Below, in pieces: positions 15,001 through 30,000 of a stretch of 64,000 nt of DNA (positions are counted from its first letter, which is position 1; the number at the start of each line of letters is the position of its first letter). A program made the translations under genes and the position numbers. The notes beneath the pieces were generated by a model that worked only from the letters and a program-made list of their open reading frames with translations, was not told the origin of the DNA and searched no databases. Source of the DNA: Phyllobates terribilis (Eukaryota); contig NW_027362772.1 of NCBI RefSeq assembly GCF_046119375.1, forward strand, positions 320,230,001 through 320,294,000, given 5' to 3'.

Positions 15001-18000
15001 CCAGGGACACTGCACCGCTGTAAGGTCAGACGCTGAACCCGGGGCCCAGGGACACTGCACCGCTGTAAGGTCAGACGCTGAACCCGGGGCCCAGGGACAC
15101 TGCACCGCTGTAAGGTCAGATGCTGAACCCGGGGCCCAGGGACACTGTACCGCTGTAAGGTCAGACGCTGAACCCGGGGCCCAGGGACACTGCACCGCTG
15201 TAAGGACAGACGCTGAACCCGGGGCCCAGGGACACTGTACCGCTGTAAGGTCAGACGCTGAACCCGGGGCCCAGGGACACTGTACCGCTGTAAGGTCAGA
15301 TGCTGAACCCGGGACCCAGGGACACTGCACCACTGTAAGGACAGACGCTGAACCCGGGGCCCAGGGACACTGCACCGCTGTAAGGTCAGACGCTGTACCC
15401 GGGGCCCAGGGACACTGCACCGCTGTAAGGTCAGACGCTGAACCCGGGGCCCAGGGACACTGCACCGCTGTAAGGTCAGACGCTGTACCCGGGGCCCAGG
15501 GACACTGCACCGCTGTAAGGTCAGACGCTGAACCCGGGGCCCAGGGACACTGCACCGCTGTAAGGTCAGATGCTGAACCCGGGGCCCAGGGACACTGCAC
15601 CGCTGTAAGGTCAGACGCTGAACCCGGGGCCCAGGGACACTGCACCGCTGTAAGGTCAGATGCTGAACCCGGGGCCCAGGGACACTGCACCGCTGTAAGG
15701 ACAGACGCTGAACCCGGGGCCCAGGGACACTGTACCGCTGTAAGGTCAGACGCTGAACCCGGGGCCCAGGGAGGGACACTGCACCACTGTAAGGCCAGAC
15801 GCTGAACCCGGGGCCCAGGGACACTGCACCGCTGTAAGGTCAGATGCTGAACCCGGGACCCAGGGACACTGCACCACTGTAAGGACAGACGCTGAACCCG
15901 GGGCCCAGGGACACTGTACCGCTGTAAGGTCAGACGCTGAACCCGGGGCCCAGGGAGGGAAACTGCACCACTGTAAGGTCAGACGCTGAACCCAGGGCCC
16001 AGGGAGGGACACTGCACCACTGTAAGGACAGACGCTGAACCCGGGTCCCAGGGACACTGCACCGCTGTAAGGTCAGATGCTGAACCCGGGGCCCAGGGAC
16101 ACTGCACCGCTGTAAGGTCAGACGCTGAACCCAGGGCCCAGGGAGGGACACTGCACCACTGTAAGGACAGACGCTGAACCCGGGTCCCAGGGACACTGCA
16201 CCGCTGTAAGGTCAGACGCTGAACCCGAGGCCCAGGGACACTGCACCGCTGTAAGGTCAGATGCTGAACCCGAGGCCCAGGGACACCGCACCGCTGTAAG
16301 GTCAGACGCTGAACCCAGGGCCCAGGGAGGGACACTGCACCACTGTAAGGTCAGACGCTGAACCCGGGGCCCAGGGACACTGCACCGCTGTAAGGTCAGA
16401 CGCTGAACCCGAGGCCCAGGGACACTGCACCGCTGTAAGGTCAGACGCTGAACCCGAGGCCCAGGGACACCGCACCGCTGTAAGGTCAGACGCTGAACCC
16501 GGGGCCCAGGGACACTGCACCACTGTAAGGTCAGGCGCTGAACCCGGGGCCCAGGGACACCGCACCGCTGTAAGGTCAGACGCTGAACCCGGGGCCCAGG
16601 GACACTGCACCGCTGTAAGGTCAGACGCTGAACCCGGGGCCCAGGGACACTGCACCGCTGTAAGGTCAGACGCTGAACCCGGGGCCCAGGGACACTGCAC
16701 CGCTGTAAGGTCAGATGCTGAACCCGGGGCCCAGGGACACTGCACCGCTGTAAGGACAAACGCTGAACCCGGGACCCAGGGACACTGCACCGCTGTAAGG
16801 TCAGACGCTGAACCCGGGGCCCAGGGACACTGCACCGCTGTAAGGTCAGATGCTGAACCCGGGGCCCAGGGACACTGCACCGCTGTAAGGACAGACGCTG
16901 AACCCGGGGCCCAGGGAGGGACACTGCACCGCTGTAAGGTCAGACGCTGAACCCGGGACCCAGGGACACTGCACCACTGTAAGGTCAGACGCTGAACCCG
17001 GGTCCCAGGGACACTGCACCGCTGTAAGGTCAGATGCTGAACCTGGGGCCCAGGGACACTGCACCACTGTAAGGTCAGACGCTGAACCCGGGGCCCAGGG
17101 ACACTGCACCGCTGTAAGGTCAGACGCTGAACCTGGGTCCCAGGGACACTGCACCGCTGTAAGGTCAGATGCTGAACCCGGGGCCCAGGGACACTGCACC
17201 ACTGTAAGGTCAGACGCTGAACCCGGGGCCCAGGGACACTGCACCGCTGTAAGGTCAGACGCTGAACCCAGGACCCAGGGACACCGCACCGCTGTAAGGT
17301 CAGACGCTGAACCCGGTGCCCAGGGAAACTGCACCGCTGTAAGGTCAGACGCTGAACCCGAGGCCCAGGGACACTGCACCGCTGTAAGGTCAGACGCTGA
17401 ACCCGGGGCCCAGGGACACTGCACCGCTGGAAGGTCAGACGCTGAACCCGGGGCCCAGGGACACTGCACCGCTGTAAGGTCAGACGCTGAACAAAGGGGC
17501 CCAGGGACACTGCACCGCTGTAAGGTCAGACGCTGAACCCGGGGCTCAGGGACACTGCACCGCTGTAAGGTCAGACGCTGAACCCGGGGCCCAGGGACAC
17601 TGCACCGCTGGAAGGTCAGACGCTGAACCCGGGGCCCAGGGACACTGCACCGCTGTAAGGTCAGACGCTGAACAAAGGGGCCCAGGGACACTGCAACGCT
17701 GTAAGGTCAGACGCTGAACCCGGGGCTCAGGGACACTGCACCGCTGTAAGGTCAGACGCTGAACCCGGTGCCCAGGGACACTGCACCGCTGTAAGGTCAG
17801 ACGCTGAACCCGGGGCTCAGGGACACTGCACCGCTGTAAGGTCAGACGCTGAACCCGGTGCCCAGGGACACTGCACCACTGTAAGGTCAGACGCTGAACC
17901 CAGGACCCAGGGACACTGCACCGCTGTAAGGTCAGACGCTGAACCCGGGGCCCAGGGACACTGCACCGCTGTAAGGTCAGACGCTGAACCCGAGGCCCAG

Positions 18001-21000
18001 GGACACTGCACCGCTGTAAGGTCAGACGCTGAACCCGGGGCTCAGGGACACTGCACCGCTGTAAGGTCAGACGCTGAACCCGGTGCCCAGGGACACTGCA
18101 CCGCTGTAAGGTCAGACGCTGAACCCGGGGCCAAGGGACACTGCACCGCTGTAAGGTCAGACGCTGAACCCGGGACCCAGGGACACTGCACCGCTGTAAG
18201 GTCAGACGCTGAACTCGGGGCCCAGGGACACTGCACCGCTGTAAGGTCAGACGCTGAACCCGGGGCTCAGGGACACTGCACCGCTGTAAGGTCAGACGCT
18301 GAACCCGGGGCCCAGGGACACTGCACCGCTGGAAGGTCAGACGCTGAACCCGGGGCCCAGGGACACTGCACCGCTGTAAGGTCAGACGCTGAACAAAGGG
18401 GCCCAGGGACACTGCACCGCTGTAAGGTCAGACGCTGAACCCGGGGCTCAGGGACACTGCACCGCTGTAAGGTCAGACGCTGAACCCGGGGCCCAGGGAC
18501 ACTGCACCGCTGGAAGGTCAGACGCTGAACCCGGGGCCCAGGGACACTGCACCGCTGTAAGGTCAGACGCTGAACCCGGGGCTCAGGGACACTGCACCGC
18601 TGTAAGGTCAGACGCTGAACCCGGTGCCCAGGGACACTGCACCGCTGTAAGGTCAGACGCTGAACCCGGGGCTCAGGGACACTGCACCGCTGTAAGGTCA
18701 GACGCTGAACCCGGGGCTCAGGGACACTGCACCGCTGTAAGGTCAGACGCTGAACCCGGTGCCCAGGGACACTGCACCACTGTAAGGTCAGACGCTGAAC
18801 CCAGGACCCAGGGACACTGCACCGCTGTAAGGTCAGACGCTGAACCCGGGGCCCAGGGACACTGCACCGCTGTAAGGTCAGACGCTGAACCCGAGGCCCA
18901 GGGACACTGCACCGCTGTAAGGTCAGACGCTGAACCCGGGGCCCAGGGACACTGCACCGCTGTAAGGTCAGACGCTGAACCCGGGGCCCAGGGACACTGC
19001 ACCGCTGTAAGGTCAGACGCTGAACCCGGGGCTCAGGGACACTGCACCGCTGTAAGGTCAGACGCTGAACCCGGGGCCCAGGGACACTGCACCGCTGTAA
19101 GGTCAGACGCTGAACCCGAGGCCCAGGGACACTGCACCGCTGTTAGGTCAGACGCTGAACCCGGGGCCCAGGGACACTGCACCGCTGTAAGGACAGACGC
19201 TGAACCCAGGACCCAGGGACACTGCACCGCTGCAAGGTCAGACGCTGAACCCGGGGCCCAGGGACACTGCACCGCTGTAAGGTCAGACGCTGAACCCGGG
19301 GCCCAGGGACACTGCACCGCTGTAAGGTCAGACGCTGAACCCGGGGCCCAGGGACACTGCACCGCTGTAAGGTCAGACGCTGAACCCGGGGCCCAGGGAC
19401 ACTGCACCGCTGTAAGGTCAGACGCTGAACCCAGGGCCCAGGGACACTGCACCGCTGTAAGGTCAGACGCTGAACCCGGGGCCCAGGGACACTGCACCGC
19501 TGTAAGGTCAGACGCTGAACCCGGGGCTCAGGGACACTGCACCGCTGTAAGGTCAGACGCTGAACCCGGGGCCCAGGGACACTGCACCGCTGTAAGGTCA
19601 GACGCTGAACCCGGGACCCAGGGACACTGCACCGCTGTAAGGTCAGACGCTGAACCCGGGGCCCAGGGACACTGCACCGCTGTAAGGTCAGACGATGAAC
19701 CCGGGGCCCAGGGACACTGCACCGCTGTAAGGTCAGACGCTGAACCCGGGACCCAGGGACACTGCACCGCTGTAAGGTCAGACGCTGAACCCGGGGCCCA
19801 GGGACACTGCACCGCTGTAAGGTCAGACGCTGAACCCGGGGCCCAGGGACACTGCACCGCTGTAAGGTCAGACGCTGAACCCGGGGCCCAGGGACACTGC
19901 ACCGCTGTAAGGTCAGACGCTGAACCCGGGGCCCAGGGACACTGCACCGCTGTAAGGTCAGACGCTGAACCCGGGACCCAGGGACACTGCACCGCTGTAA
20001 GGTCAAACGCTGAACCCGGGGCCCAGGGACACTGCACCGCTGTAAGGTCAGACGCTGAACCCGGGGCCCAGGGACACTACACCGCTGTAAGGTCAGACGC
20101 TGAACCCGGGGCCCAGGGACACTGCACCGCTGTAAGGTCAGACGCTGAACCCGGGGCCCAGGGACACTGCACCGCTGGAAGGTCAGACGCTGAACCCGGG
20201 GCCCAGGGACACTGCACCGCTGTAAGGTCAGACGCTGAACCCGGGGCTCAGGGACACTGCACCGCTGTAAGGTCAGACGCTGAACCCGGGGCTCAGGGAC
20301 ACTGCACCGCTGTAAGGTCAGACGCTGAACCCGGGGCTCAGGGACACTGCACCGCTGTAAGGTCAGACGCTGAACCCGGTGCCCAGGGACACTGCACCAC
20401 TGTAAGGTCAGACGCTGAACCCAGGACCCAGGGACACTGCACCGCTGTAAGGTCAGACGCTGAACCCGGGGCCCAGGGACACTGCACCGCTGTAAGGTCA
20501 GACGCTGAACCCGAGGCCCAGGGACACTGCACCGCTGTAAGGTCAGACGCTGAACCCGGGGCCCAGGGACACTGCACCGCTGTAAGGTCAGACGCTGAAC
20601 CCGGGGCCCAGGGACACTGCACCGCTGTAAGGTCAGACGCTGAACCCGGGGCTCAGGGACACTGCACCGCTGTAAGGTCAGACGCTGAACCCGGGGCCCA
20701 GGAACACTGCACCGCTGTAAGGTCAGACGCTGAACCCGAGGCCCAGGGACACTGCACCGCTGTTAGGTCAGACGCTGAACCCGGGGCCCAGGGACACTGC
20801 ACCGCTGTAAGGACAGACGCTGAACCCAGGACCCAGGGACACTGCACCGCTGCAAGGTCAGACGCTGAACCCGGGGCCCAGGGACACTGCACCGCTGTAA
20901 GGTCAGACGCTGAACCCGGGGCCCAGGGACACTGCACCGCTGTAAGGTCAGACGCTGAACCCGGGGCCCAGGGACACTGCACCGCTGTAAGGTCAGACGC

Positions 21001-24000
21001 TGAACCCGGGGCCCAGGGACACTGCACCGCTGTAAGGTCAGACGCTGAACCCAGGGCCCAGGGACACTGCACCGCTGTAAGGTCAGACGCTGAACCCGGG
21101 GCCCAGGGACACTGCACCGCTGTAAGGTCAGACGCTGAACCCGGGGCTCAGGGACACTGCACCGCTGTAAGGTCAGACGCTGAACCCGGGGCCCAGGGAC
21201 ACTGCACCGCTGTAAGGTCAGACGCTGAACCCGGGACCCAGGGACACTGCACCGCTGTAAGGTCAGACGCTGAACCCGGGGCCCAGGGACACTGCACCGC
21301 TGTAAGGTCAGACGCTGAACCCAGGACCCAGGGACACTGCACCGCTGTAAGGTCAGACGCTGAACCCGGGGCCCAGGGACACTGCACCGCTGTAAGGTCA
21401 GACGATGAACCCGGGGCCCAGGGACACTGCACCGCTGTAAGGTCAGACGCTGAACCCGGGACCCAGGGACACTGCACCGCTGTAAGGTCAGACGCTGAAC
21501 CCGGGGCCCAGGGACACTGCACCGCTGTAAGGTCAGACGCTGAACCCGGGGCCCAGGGACACTGCACCGCTGTAAGGTCAGACGCTGAACCCGGGGCCCA
21601 GGGACACTGCACCGCTGTAAGGTCAGACGCTGAACCCGGGGCCCAGGGACACTGCACCGCTGTAAGGTCAGACGCTGAACCCGGGACCCAGGGACACTGC
21701 ACCGCTGTAAGGTCAAACGCTGAACCCGGGGCCCAGGGACACTGCACCGCTGTAAGGTCAGACGCTGAACCCGGGGCCCAGGGACACTACACCGCTGTAA
21801 GGTCAGACGCTGAACCCGGGGCCCAGGGACACTGCACCGCTGTAAGGTCAGACGCTGAACCCGGGGCCCAGGGACACTGCACCGCTGTAAGGTCAGACGC
21901 TGAACCCGGGGCCCAGGGACACTGCACCGCTGTAAGGTCAGACGCTGAACCCGGGGCCCAGGGACACTGCACCGCTGTAAGGTCAGACGCTGAACCCGGG
22001 GCCCAGGGACACTGCACCGCTGTAAGGTCAGACGCTGAACCCGGGGCCCAGGGACACTGCACCGCTGTAAGGTCAGACGCTGAACCCGGGACCCAGGGAC
22101 ACTGCACCGCTGTAAGGTCAGACGCTGAACCCGGGGCCCAGGGACACTGCACCGCTGTAAGGTCAGACGCTGAACCCGGGACCCAGGGACACTGCACCGC
22201 TGTAAGGTCAGATGCTGAACCCGGGGCTCAGGGACACTGCACCGCTGTAAGGTCAGACGCTGAACCCGGGGCCCAGGGACACTGCACCGCTGTAAGGTCA
22301 GACGCTGAACCCGGGGCCCAGGGACACTGCACCGCTGTAAGGTCAGACGCTGAACCCGGGGCCCAGGGACACTGCACCACTGTAAGGTCAGACTCTGAAC
22401 CCGGGACCCAGGGACACTGCACCGCTGTAAGGACAGACGCTGAACCCGGGGCCCAGGGACACTGCACCGCTGTAAGGTCAGACGCTGAACCCGGGGCCCA
22501 GGGACACTGCACCACTGTAAGGTCAGACTCTGAACCCGGGACCCAGGGACACTGCACCGCTGTAAGGTCAGACGCTGAACCCAGGACCCAGGGACACTGC
22601 ACCGCTGTAAGGTCAGACGCTGAACCCGGGACCCAGGGACACTGCACCGCTGTAAGGTCAGACGCTGAACCCAGGACCCAGGGACACTGCACCGCTGTAA
22701 GGTCAGACGCTGAACCCGGGACCCAGGGACACTGCACCGCTGTAAGGTCAGACGCTGAACCCGGGGCCCAGGGACACTGCACCGCTGTAAGGTCAGACGC
22801 TGAACCCGGGGCCCAGGGACACTGCACCGCTGTAAGGTCAGACGCTGAACCCGGGGCCCAGGGACACTGCACCGCTGTAAGGTCAGACGCTGAACCCGGG
22901 GCCCAGGGACACTGCACCGCTGTAAGGTCAGACGCTGAACCCGGGGCCCAGGGACACTGCACCACTGTAAGGTCAGACTCTGAACCCGGGACCCAGGGAC
23001 ACTGCACCGCTGTAAGGACAGACGCTGAACCCGGGGCCCAGGGACACTGCACCGCTGTAAGGTCAGACGCTGAACCCGGGGCCCAGGGACACTGCACCAC
23101 TGTAAGGTCAGACTCTGAACCCGGGACCCAGGGACACTGCACCGCTGTAAGGTCAGACGCTGAACCCAGGACCCAGGGACACTGCACCACTGTAAGGTCA
23201 GACGCTGAACCCGGGACCCAGGGACACTACACCACTGTAAGGTCAGACGCTGAACCCGGGGCCCAGGGACACCGCACCGCTGTAAGGTCAGACGCTGAAC
23301 CCGGGGCCCAGGGACACCGCACCGCTGTAAGGTCAGACGCTGAACCCGGGGCTCAGGGACACTGCACCGCTGTAAGGTCAGACGCTGAACCCGGGGCCCA
23401 GGGACACTGCACCACTGTAAGGTCAGACGCTGAACCCGGGACCCAGGGACACTGCACCGCTGTAAGGTCAGACGCTGAACCCGGGGCCCAGGGACACTGC
23501 ACCGCTGTAAAGTCAGACGCTGAACCCGGGGCTCAGGGACACTGCACCGCTGTAAGGACAGACGCTGAACCCGGGACCCAGGGACACTGCACCGCTGTAA
23601 GGTCAGACGCTGAACCCGGGGCCCAGGGACACTGCACCGCTGTAAGGTCAGACGCTGAACCCAGGGCCCAGGGACACCGCACCGCTGTAAGGTCAGGCGC
23701 TGAACCCAAGGCCCAGGGACACTGCACCGCTGTAAGGCCAGACGCTGAACCCGGGGCCCAGGGACACTGCACCGCTGTAAGGTCAGACGCTGAACCCGGG
23801 ACCCAGGGACACTGCACCGCTGTAAGGTCAGATGCTGAACCCGGGGCCCAGGGACACTGCACCGCTGTAAGGCCAGACGCTGAACCCAGGGCCCAGGGAC
23901 ACTGCACCGCTGTAAGGTCAGACGCTGAACCCGGGGCCCAGGGACACTGCACCGCTGTAAGGTCAGACGCTGAACCCGGGGCCCAGGGACACTGCACCGC

Positions 24001-27000
24001 TGTAAGGTCAGACGCTGAACCCGGGGCCCAGGGACACTGCACCGCTGTAAGGTCAGACGCTGAACCCGGGGCCCAGGGAAAGTCTGCACCGCTGTAAGGT
24101 CAGATGCTGAACCCGGGGCCCAGGGACACTGCACCGCTGTAAGGACAGACGCTGAACCCGGGGCCCAGGGACACTGTACCGCTGTAAGGTCAGACGCTGA
24201 ACCCGGGGCCCAGGGAGGGACACTGCACCACTGTAAGGTCAGACGCTGAACTCGGGTCCCAGGGACACTGCACCGCTGTAAGGTCAGATGCTGAACCCGG
24301 GACCCAGGGACACTGCACCACTGTAAGGACAGACGCTGAACCCGGGGCCCAGGGACACTGCACCGCTGTAAGGTCAGACGCTGAACCCGGGGCCCAGGGA
24401 CACTGCACCGCTGTAAGGTCAGACGCTGAACTCGGGTCCCAGGGACACTGCACCGCTGTAAGGTCAGATGCTGAACCCGGGACCCAGGGACACTGCACCA
24501 CTGTAAGGACAGACGCTGAACCCGGGGCCCAGGGACACTGCACCGCTGTAAGGTCAGACGCTGAACCCGGGGCCCAGGGACACTGCACCGCTGTAAGGTC
24601 AGACGCTGAACCCGGGGCCCAGGGACACTGCACCGCTGTAAGGTCAGACGCTGAACCCGGGGCCCAGGGACACTGCACCGCTGTAAGGTCAGACGCTGAA
24701 CCCGGGGCCCAGGGACACTGCACCGCTGTAAGGTCAGACGCTGAACCCAGGACCCAGGGACACTGCACCGCTGTAAGGTCAGACACTGAACCCGGGGCCC
24801 AGGGACACTGCACCGCTGTAAGGTCAGACGCTGAACCCGGGGCCCAGGGACACTGCACCGCTGTAAGGTCAGACTCTGAACCCGGGGCCCAGGGACACTG
24901 CACCGCTGTAAGGTCAGATGCTGAACCCGGGGCCCAGGGACACTGCACCGCTGTAAGGTCAGATGCTGAACCCGGGGCCCAGGGACACTGCACCACTGTA
25001 AGGACAGACGCTGAACCCGGGTCCCAGGGACACTGCACCGCTGTAAAGTCAGACGCTGAACCCAGGGCCCAGGGAGGGACACTGCACCACTGTAAGGACA
25101 GACGCTGAACCCGGGTCCCAGGGACACTGCACCGCTGTAAGGTCAGACGCTGAACCCGAGGCCCAGGGACAGTGCACCGCTGTAAGGTCAGACGCTGAAC
25201 CCGAGGCCCAGGGACACTGCACCGCTGTAAGGTCAGACGCTGAACCCGGGGCCCAGGGACACTGCACCGCTGTAAGGTCAGGCGCTGAACCCGGGGCCCA
25301 GGGACACCGCACCGCTGTAAGGTCAGACGCTGAACCCGGGGCCCAGGGACACTGCACCGCTGTAAGGTCAGACGCTGAACCCGGGGCCCAGGGACACTGC
25401 ACCGCTGTAAGGTCAGATGCTGAACCCGGGGCCCAGGGACACTGCACCGCTGTAAGGACAGACGCTGAACCCGGGACCCAGGGACACTGCACCGCTGTAA
25501 GGTCAGATGCTGAACCCGGGGCCCAGGGACACTGCACCGCTGTAAGGTCAGACGCTGAACCCGGGGCCCAGGGAGGGACACTGCACCACTGTAAGGACAG
25601 ACGCTGAACCCGGGTCCCAGGGACACAGCACCGCTGTAAGGTCAGATGCTGAACCCGGGGCCCAGGGACACTGCACCACTGTAAGGTCAGACGCTGAACC
25701 CGGGGCCCAGGGACAGTGCACCGCTGTAAGGTCATACGCTGAACCCGGGGCCCAGGGACACTGCACCGCTGTAAGGTCAGACGCTGAAGCCGGGGCCCAG
25801 GGACACTGCACCGCTGTAAGGACAGACGCTGAAGCCGGGTCCCAGGGACACTGCACCGCTGTAAGGTCAGATGCTGAACCCGGGGCCCAGGGACACTGCA
25901 CCACTGTAAGGACAGACGCTGAACCCGGGGCCCAGGGACACTGCACCACTGTAAGGACAGACGCTGAACCCGGGTCCCAGGGACACTGCACCGCTGTAAG
26001 GTCAGATGCTGAACCCGGGGCCCAGGGACACTGCACCGCTGTAAGGTCAGATGCTGAACCCGGGGCCCAGGGACACTGCACCACTGTAAGGACAGACGCT
26101 GAACCCGGGGCCCAGGGACACTGCACCACTGTAAGGACAGACGCTGAACCCGGGTCCCAGGGACACTGCACCGCTGTAAGGTCAGATGCTGAACCCGGGG
26201 CCCAGGGACACTGCACCGCTGTAAGGTCAGATGCTGAACCCAGGGCCCAGGGACACTGCACCGCTGTAAGGTCAGACGCTGAACCCAGGACCCAGGGACA
26301 CTGCACCGCTGTAAGGTCAGATGCTGAACCCGGGGCCCAGGGACACTGCACCGCTGTTAGGTCAGACGCTAAACCCGGGGCCCAGGGACACTGCACCGCT
26401 GTTAGGTCAGACGCTGAACCCGGGGCCCAGGGACACTGCACCGCTGTAAGGTCAGATGCTGAACCCGGGGCCCAGGGACACTGCACCGCTGTTAGGTCAG
26501 ACGCTGAACCCGGGGCCCAGGGACACTGCACCGCTGTTAGGTCAGACGCTGAACCCGGGGCCCAGGGACACTGCACCGCTGTAAGGTCAGATGCTGAACC
26601 CGGGGCCCAGGGACACTGCACCGCTGTAAGGTCAGACGCTGAACCCAGGACCCAGGGACACTGCACCGCTGTAAGGTCAGACGCTGAACCCGGGGCCCAG
26701 GGACACTGCACCGCTGTAAGTTCAGACGCTGAACCCGGGGCCCAGGGACACTGCACCGCTGTAAGGTCAGACGCTGAACCCGGGACCCAGGGACACTGCA
26801 CCGCTGTAAGGTCAGACGCTGAACCCAGGGCCCAGGGAGGGACACTGCACCACTGTAAGGACAGACGCTGAACCCGGGTCCCAGGGACACTGCACCGCTG
26901 TAAGTTCAGACGCTGAACCCGAGGCCCAGGAACACTGCACCGCTGTAAGGTCAGACGCTGAACCCGGGGCCCAGAGACACTGCACCGCTGTAAGGTCAGA

Positions 27001-30000
27001 CGCTGAACCCGGGGCCCAGGGACACTGCACCGCTGTAAGGTCAGACGCTGAACCCGGGGCCCAGGGACACTGCACCGCTGTAAGGTCAGACGCTGAACCC
27101 GGGGCCCAGGGACACTGCACCGCTGTAAGGTCAGACGCTGAACCCGGGGCCCAGGGACACCGCACCGCTGTAAGGTCAGACGCTGAACCCGAGGCCCAGG
27201 GACACTGCACCGCTGTAAGGTCAGACGCTGAACCCGGGGCCCAGAGACACTGCACCGCTGTAAGGTCAGACGCTGAACCCGGGGCCCAGGGACACTGCAC
27301 CGCTGTAAGGTCAGACGCTGAACCCGGGGCCCAGGGACACCGCACCGCTGTAAGGTCAGACGCTGAACCTGAGGCCCAGGGACACCGCACCGCTGTAAGG
27401 TCAGACGCTGAACCCGGGGCCCAGGGACACTGCACCGCTGTAAGGTCAGACGCTGAACCCGGGGCCCAGGGACACTGCACCGCTGTAAGGTCAGACGCTG
27501 AACCCGGGGCCCAGGGACACTGCACCGCTGTAAGGTCAGACGCTGAACCCGGGGCCCAGGGACACTGCACCGCTGTAAGGTCAGACGCTGAACCCGGTGC
27601 CCAGGGACACTGCACCGCTGTAAGGTCAGACGCTGAACCCGGGGCCCAGGGACACTGCACCGCTGGAAGGTCAGACGCTGAACCCGGGGTCCAGGTACAC
27701 TGCACCGCTGTAAGGTCAGACGCTGAACAAAGGGGCCCAGGGACACTGCACCGCTGTAAGGTCAGACGCTGAACCCGGGGCTCAGGGACACTGCACCGCT
27801 GTAAGGTCAGACGCTGAACCCGGGGCCCAGGGACACTGCACCGCTGGAAGGTCAGGCGCTGAACCCGGGGCCCAGGGACACTGCACCGCTGTAAGGTCAG
27901 ACGCTGAACAAAGGGGCCCAGGGACACTGCAACGCTGTAAGGTCAGACGCTGAACCCGGGGCTCAGGGACACTGCACCGCTGTAAGGTCAGACGCTGAAC
28001 CCGATGCCCAGGGACACTGCACCGCTGTAAGGTCAGACGCTGAACCCGGGGCTCAGGGACACTGCACCGCTGTAAGGTCAGACGCTGAACCCGGGGCTCA
28101 GGGACACTGCACCGCTGTAAGGTCAGACGCTGAACCCGGTGCCCAGGGACACTGCACCGCTGTAAGGTCAGACGCTGAACCCGGGGCCAAGGGACACTGC
28201 ACCGCTGTAAGGTCAGACGCTGAACCCAGGACCCAGGGACACTGCACCGCTGTAAGGTCAGACGCTGAACCCGGGGCCCAGGGACACTGCACCGCTGTAA
28301 GGTCAGACGCTGAACCCGAGGCCCAGGGACACTGCACCGCTGTAAGGTCAGACGCTGAACCTGAGGCCCAGGGACACCGCACCGCTGTAAGGTCAGACGC
28401 TGAACCCGGGGCCCAGGGACACTGCACCGCTGTAAGGTCAGACGCTGAACCCGGGGCCCAGGGACACTGCACCGCTGTAAGGTCAGACGCTGAACCCGGG
28501 GCCCAGGGACACTGCACCGCTGTAAGGTCAGACGCTGAACCCGGGGCCCAGGGACACTGCACCGCTGTAAGGTCAGACGCTGAACCCGGTGCCCAGGGAC
28601 ACTGCACCGCTGTAAGGTCAGACGCTGAACCCGGGGCCCAGGGACACTGCACCGCTGGAAGGTCAGACGCTGAACCCGGGGTCCAGGTACACTGCACCGC
28701 TGTAAGGTCAGACGCTGAACAAAGGGGCCCAGGGACACTGCACCGCTGTAAGGTCAGACGCTGAACCCGGGGCTCAGGGACACCGCACCGCTGTAAGGTC
28801 AGACTCTGAACCCGGGGCCCAGGGACACTGCACCGCTGGAAGGTCAGGCGCTGAACCCGGGGCCCAGGGACACTGCACCGCTGGAAGGTCAGGCGCTGAA
28901 CCCGGGGCCCAGGGACACTGCACCGCTGTAAGGTCAGACGCTGAACAAAGGGGCCCAGGGACACTGCAACGCTGTAAGGTCAGACGCTGAACCCGGGGCT
29001 CAGGGACACTGCACCGCTGTAAGGTCAGACGCTGAACCCGATGCCCAGGGACACTGCACCGCTGTAAGGTCAGACGCTGAACCCGGGGCTCAGGGACACT
29101 GCACCGCTGTAAGGTCAGACGCTGAACCCGGGGCTCAGGGACACTGCACCGCTGTAAGGTCAGACGCTGAACCCGGTGCCCAGGGACACTGCACCGCTGT
29201 AAGGTCAGACGCTGAACCCGGGGCCAAGGGACACTGCACCGCTGTAAGGTCAGACGCTGAACCCAGGACCCAGGGACACTGCACCGCTGTAAGGTCAGAC
29301 GCTGAACCCGGGGCCCAGGGACACTGCACCGCTGTAAGGTCAGACGCTGAACCCGAGGCCCAGGGACACTGCACCGCTGTAAGGTCAGACGCTGAACCCG
29401 GGGCCCAGGGACACTGCACCACTGTAAGGTCAGACGCTGAACCCGGGGCCCAGGGACACTGCACCGCTGTAAGGTCAGACGCTGAACCCGGGGCCCAGGG
29501 ACACTGCACCGCTGTAAGGTCAGACGCTGAACCCGGTGCCCAGGGACACTGCACCGCTGTAAGGTCAGACGCTGAACCCGGGGCCAAGGGACACTGCACC
29601 GATGTAAGGTCAGACGTTGAACCCGGGACCCAGGGACACTGCACCGCTGTAAGGTCAGACGCTGAACTCGGGGCCCAGGGACACTGCACCGCTGTAAGGT
29701 CAGACGCTGAACCCGGGACCCAGGGACACTGCACCGATGTAAGGTCAGACGCTGAACCCGGGACCCAGGGACACTGCACCGCTGTAAGGTCAGACGCTGA
29801 ACCCGGGACCCAGGGACACTGCACCGCTGTAAGGTCAGACGCTGAACTCGGGGCCCAGGGACACTGCACCGCTGTAAGGTCAGACGCTGAACCCGGGACC
29901 CAGGGACACTGCACCGATGTAAGGTCAGACGCTGAACCCGGGACCCAGGGACACTGCACCGCTGTAAGGTCAGACGCTGAACCCGGGACCCAGGGACACT